This document shows positions 57,201 to 64,000 of a DNA stretch of 64,000 nucleotides, piece by piece. The position numbers were made by a program, and so were the translations under genes. Below the pieces are notes generated by a model, which worked only from the letters and a program-made list of their open reading frames with translations, ran no database searches and was not told where the DNA came from. The stretch is from Eledone cirrhosa. Its lineage: Eukaryota. Every line of letters starts with the position of its first letter. Position 1 is the stretch's first letter. The stretch covers positions 104,146 to 168,145 of the forward strand of contig CAXHJY010000689.1 in assembly GCA_964016885.1 (NCBI GenBank). The letters are read 5' to 3'.

Positions 57201-60200
57201 TCATCAACCACAACAACACCACCAACAACACCACCACCACCACTATCATCAACCACAACACCACCACCACTAACAACATCACCAATACCACCACTATCAT
57301 CAACCACAACACCACCACCAACAACATCACCAATACCACCACTATCATCAACCACAACACCACCACCACCAACAACATCACCAATACCACCACTATCATC
57401 AACCACAACACCACCACCAACAACATCACCAATACCACCACTATCATCAACCACACCAGCACCACCAACAACATCACCAATACCACCACTATCATCAACC
57501 ACAACACCACCACCAACAACATCACCAATACCACCACTATCATCAACCACAACACCACCAACAACAACATCACCAATACCACCACTATCATCAACCACAA
57601 CACCACCACCACCAACAACATCACCAATACCACCACTATCATCAACCACAACACCACCACCACCAACATCACCAATACCACCACTATCATCAACCACAAC
57701 ACCACCACCACCAACAACATCACCAATACCACCACTATCATCAACCACAACACCACCACCACCAACAACATCACCAATACCACCACTATCATCAACCACA
57801 ACACCACCACCACCAACAACATCACCAATACCACCACTATCATCAACCACAACACCACCACCACCACCAACATCACCAATACCACCACTATCATCAACCA
57901 CAACACCACCACCAACAACAACATCACCAATACCACCACTATCATCAACCACAACAACACCACCAACAACACCACCACCACCACTATCATCAACCACAAC
58001 ACCACCACCACCAACAACATCACCAATACCACCACTATCATCAACCACAACACCACCACCAACAACATCACCAATACCACCACTATCATCAACCACAACA
58101 CCACCACCACCAACAACATCACCAATACCACCACTATCATCAACCACAACACCACCTCCACCAACAACATCACCAATACCACCACTATCATCAACCACGA
58201 CACCACCAACAACAACATCACCAATACCACCACTATCATCAACCACAACACCACCACCAACAACATCACCAATACCACCACTATCATCAACCACAACAAC
58301 ACCACCAACAACATCACCAATACCACCACTATCATCAACCACAACACCACCAACAACAACATCACCAATACCACCACTATCATCAACCACAACACCACCA
58401 CCAACAACATCACCAATACCACCACTATCATCAACCACAACAACACCACCAACAACATCACCAATACCACCACTATCATCAACCACAACACCACCAACAA
58501 CAACATCACCAATACCACCACTATCATCAACCACAACACCACCACCAACAACATCACCAATACCACCACTATCATCAACCACAACACCACCACCAACAAC
58601 ATCACCAATACCACCACTATCATCAACCACAACACCACCAACAACAACATCACCAATACCACCACTATCATCAACCACAACACCACCACCAACAACATCA
58701 CCAATACCACCACTATCATCAACCACAACACCACCACCACCAACAACAACACCAATACCACCACTATCATCAACCACAACACCACCACCACCACCAACAA
58801 CACCAATACCACCACTATCATCAACCACAACACCACCACCAACAACAACATCACCAATACCACCACTATCATCAACCACAACACCACCACCACCAACAAC
58901 AACACCAATACCACCACTATCATCAACCACAACACCACCACCACCACCAACAACACCAATACCACCACTATCATCAACCACAACACCACCACCAACAACA
59001 ACATCACCAATACCACCACTATCATCAACCACAACACCACCACCACCAACAACATCACCAATACCACCACTATCATCAACCACAACACCACCTCCACCAA
59101 CAACATCACCAATACCACCACTATCATCAACCACAACACCACCAACAACAACATCACCAATACCACCACTATCATCAACCACAACACCACCACCAACAAC
59201 ATCACCAATACCACCACTATCATCAACCACAACAACACCACCACCAACAACATCACCAATACCACCACTATCATCAACCACAACACCACCACCACCAACA
59301 ACAACACCAATACCACCACTATCATCAACCACAACACCACCACCACCACCAACAACACCAATACCACCACTATCATCAACCACAACACCACCAACAACAA
59401 CATCACCAATACCACCACTATCATCAACCACAACACCACCACCAACAACATCACCAATACCACCACTATCATCAACCACAACAACACCACCACCAACAAC
59501 ATCACCAATACCACCACTATCATCAACCACAACACCACCACCAACAACATCACCAATACCACCACTATCATCAACCACAACACCACCACCACCAACAACA
59601 TCACCAATACCACCACTATCATCAACCACAACAACACCACCACCAACATCACCAATACCACCACTATCATCAACCACAACACCACCAACAACAACATCAC
59701 CAATACCACCACTATCATCAACCACAACAACACCACCACCAACATCACCAATACCACCACTATCATCAACCACAACACCACCACCACCAACAACATCACC
59801 AATACCACCACTATCATCAACCACAACACCACCACCACCAACAACATCACCAATACCACCACTATCATCAACCACAACAACACCACCAACAACATCACCA
59901 ATACCACCACTATCATCAACCACAACACCACCAACAACAACATCACCAATACCACCACTATCATCAACCACAACAACACCACCACCAACATCACCAATAC
60001 CACCACTATCATCAACCACAACACCACCACCACCAACAACATCACCAATACCACCACTATCATCAACCACAACACCACCACCACCAACAACATCACCAAT
60101 ACCACCACTATCATCAACCACAACACCACCACCACCAACAACACCAATACCACCACTATCATCAACCACAACACCACCACCAACAACATCACCAATACCA

Positions 60201-63200
60201 CCACTATCATCAACCACAACACCACCACCACCAACAACATCACCAATACCACCACTATCATCAACCACACCACCACCAACAACAACATCACCAATACCAC
60301 CACTATCATCAACCACAACACCACCACCAACAACAACATCACCAATACCACCACTATCATCAACCACAACACCACCACCACCAACAACACCAATACCACC
60401 ACTATCATCAACCACAACACCACCACCAACAACATCACCAATACCACCACTATCATCAACCACAACACCACCACCACCAACAACATCACCAATACCACCA
60501 CTATCATCAACCACACCCACCACCACCAACAACATCACCAATACCACCACTATCATCAACCACAACACCACCACCACCAACAACATCACCAATACCACCA
60601 CTATCATCAACCACACCACCACCACCAACAACATCACCAATACCACCACTATCATCAACCACAACAACACCACCAACAACAACATCACCAATACCACCAC
60701 TATCATCAACCACAACACCACCACCACCAACAACATCACCAATACCACCACTATCATCAACCACAACACCACCTCCACCAACAACATCACCAATACCACC
60801 ACTATCATCAACCACAACACCACCAACAACAACATCACCAATACCACCACTATCATCAACCACAACACCACCACCAACAACATCACCAATACCACCACTA
60901 TCATCAACCACAACAACACCACCACCAACAACATCACCAATACCACCACTATCATCAACCACAACACCACCACCACCAACAACAACACCAATACCACCAC
61001 TATCATCAACCACAACACCACCACCACCACCAACAACACCAATACCACCACTATCATCAACCACAACACCACCAACAACAACATCACCAATACCACCACT
61101 ATCATCAACCACAACACCACCACCAACAACATCACCAATACCACCACTATCATCAACCACAACAACACCACCACCAACAACATCACCAATACCACCACTA
61201 TCATCAACCACAACACCACCACCACCAACATCACCAATACCACCACTATCATCAACCACAACACCACCACCAACAACATCACCAATACCACCACTATCAT
61301 CAACCACAACACCACCAACAACAACATCACCAATACCACCACTATCATCAACCACAACACCACCACCAACAACATCACCAATACCACCACTATCATCAAC
61401 CACAACACCACCACCACCAACAACACCAATACCACCACTATCATCAACCACAACACCACCACCACCAACATCACCAATACCACCACTATCATCAACCACA
61501 ACACCACCACCACCAACAACACCAATACCACCACTATCATCAACCACAACACACCACCACCAACATCACCAATACCACCACTATCATCAACCACAACACC
61601 ACCACCACCAACATCACCAATACCACCACTATCATCAACCACAACACCACCACCACCAACAACATCACCAATACCACCACACCACAACACCACCACCCAC
61701 CACCAACCACCACACCACCACACCACCCAACACCACCAACCACCACACCACCACCACATCAACCACAACACCACCACCACCACAACATCACCAATACCAC
61801 CACTACATCAACCACAACACCACCACCAACAACATCACCAATACCACCACTATCATCCACCACACACCACCACCAACAACATCACCAATACCACCACTAT
61901 CATCAACCCACACCACCACCACCAACAACATCACCAATACCACCACTATCATCAACCACACCACCACCACCAACAACATCACCAATACCACCACTATATC
62001 AACCACACCACCACCACCAACAACAACATCACCACTACCACCACTAACATCACCACAACACACACCACCACCAACATCATCACCACAACACCACCACCAC
62101 CAACAACACCACCATACCACCACTATCATCACCACAACACCACCACCACCAACACCAACCACCACTTCAACCACAACACCACCACCACCACAACATCACC
62201 AACAACACCACAACACCACCACACCACACCACCAACACCACCACCACCACAACAACACACCACCACCACAACCACCAACACAACACCACACCACAACCAC
62301 ACACCACCAACACACATCACCAATACCACCACTATCATCACCACACACCACCACCACCAACAACACACCAATACCACCACTATCATCAACCACAACACCA
62401 CCACCAACAACATCACCAATACCACCACTATCATCAACCACAACACCACCACCACCAACAACATCACCAATACCACCACTATCATCAACCACAACACCAC
62501 CAACAACAACATCACCAATACCACCACTATCATCAACCACAACACCACCACCACCAACAACATCACCAATACCACCACTATCATCAACCACAACACCACC
62601 ACCAACAACATCACCAATACCACCACTATCATCAACCACACCACCACCACCACCAAGAACAACACCAATACCACCACTATCATCAACCACAACACCACCA
62701 CCAACAACATCACCAATACCACCACTATCATCAACCACAACACCACCACCACCAACAACATCACCAATACCACCACTATCATCAACCACAACACCACCAA
62801 CAACAACATCACCAATACCACCACTATCATCAACCACAACACCACCACCACCAACAACATCACCAATACCACCACTATCATCAACCACAACACCACCACC
62901 ACCAACATCACCAATACCACCACTATCATCAACCACAACACCACCACCACCAACAACATCACCAATACCACCACTATCATCAACCACAACACCACCCACC
63001 ACCAACATCACCAATACCACCACTATCATCAACCACAACACCACCACCACCAACAACATCACCAATACCACCACTATCATCAACCACAACACCACCACCA
63101 CCAACAACATCACCAATACCACCACTATCATCAACCACAACACCACCACCACCAACAACATCACCAATACCACCACTATCATCAACCACAACACCACCAC

Positions 63201-64000
63201 CACCAACATCACCAATACCACCACTATCATCAACCACAACACCACCACCACCAACAACATCACCAATACCACCACTATCATCAACCACAACACCACCCCA
63301 CAACAACATCACCAATACCACCACTATCATCAACCACAACACCACCACCAACAACATCACCAATACCACCACTATCATCAACCACAACACCACCACCACC
63401 AACAACATCACCAATACCACCACTATCATCAACCACAACACCACCACCACCAACAACATCACCAATACCACCACTATCATCAACCACAACACCACCACCA
63501 CAACAACATCACCAATACCACCACTATCATCAACCACAACACCACCACAACACCACCCCCACCAACAACATCACCAATACCACCACTATCATCAACCACA
63601 ACACCACCACCACCAACAACATCACCAATACCACCACTATCATCAACCACAACACCACCACCACCAACAACATCACCAATACCACCACTATCATCAACCA
63701 CAACACCACCACCACCAACAACATCACCAATACCACCACTATCATCAACCCACAACACCACCACCACCAACAACATCACCAATACCACCACTATCATCAA
63801 CCACAACACCACCACCACCAACAACATCACCAATACCACCACTATCATCAACCACAACACCACCACCACAACAACATCACCAATACCACCACTATCATCA
63901 ACCACAACACCACGCACCAACAACATCACCAATACCACCACTATCCATCAACCAACAAACACCACCCACCACTCAACAACATCACCAATACCACCACTAT
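54251..64000. repeat. >9.7-kb minisatellite, unit mostly 48-51 bp (CACCAATACCACCACTATCATCAACCACAACACCACCACCAACAACAT)
   Basis: Continuous to the window end, with unit length varying in triplets. A degraded stretch at ~61540-62370 may be low-quality assembly. Confidence 0.97.

Noticed and set aside
61540-62370. Apparently divergent sub-array within the large minisatellite
   Set aside because: Scattered 1-2 bp indels look like long-read consensus error rather than biology.
54224-63941. 2519-aa and 1961-aa minus-strand ORFs (DDSGGIGDVV / LWLMIVVV)
   Set aside because: Minisatellite translation; the frames swap at single-base indels.

Overview
Repeat-dominated, AT-rich eukaryotic DNA with no recognisable host protein-coding exon. 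The Nin-domain tRNA-derived SINEs, very long (TA)n arrays and triplet minisatellites suggest a cephalopod, probably Octopus (inference), and the window is probably intronic. Real coding content is retrotransposon-derived: (1) a young, 5'-truncated CR1-like LINE (minus strand, 32597-36409) with a 21-bp TSD, an uninterrupted APE+RT ORF2 and an ORF1 remnant carrying two CCCH fingers; (2) a 5'-inverted RTE LINE (about 41765-43936); (3) several RTE and R4/Dong scraps. Almost all other ORFs in the track are artefacts of simple repeats. Three signals stand out. First, a strong recursive-splicing candidate (branch point, pyrimidine tract, AG|GTAAGT, then a 36-nt exon with stops in all frames and a second GTAAGT) at 37365-37438. 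Second, about nine fold-back mini-elements, nearly all at (TA)n edges, many with minimal hammerhead ribozyme cores and a shared YYGAGYRCY tail (Penelope-like remnants). Third, the CR1-like ORF2 has no usable AUG and overlaps ORF1 in the -1 frame across two in-frame slippery heptamers. All coordinates were read by eye and boundaries of degenerate elements are approximate.
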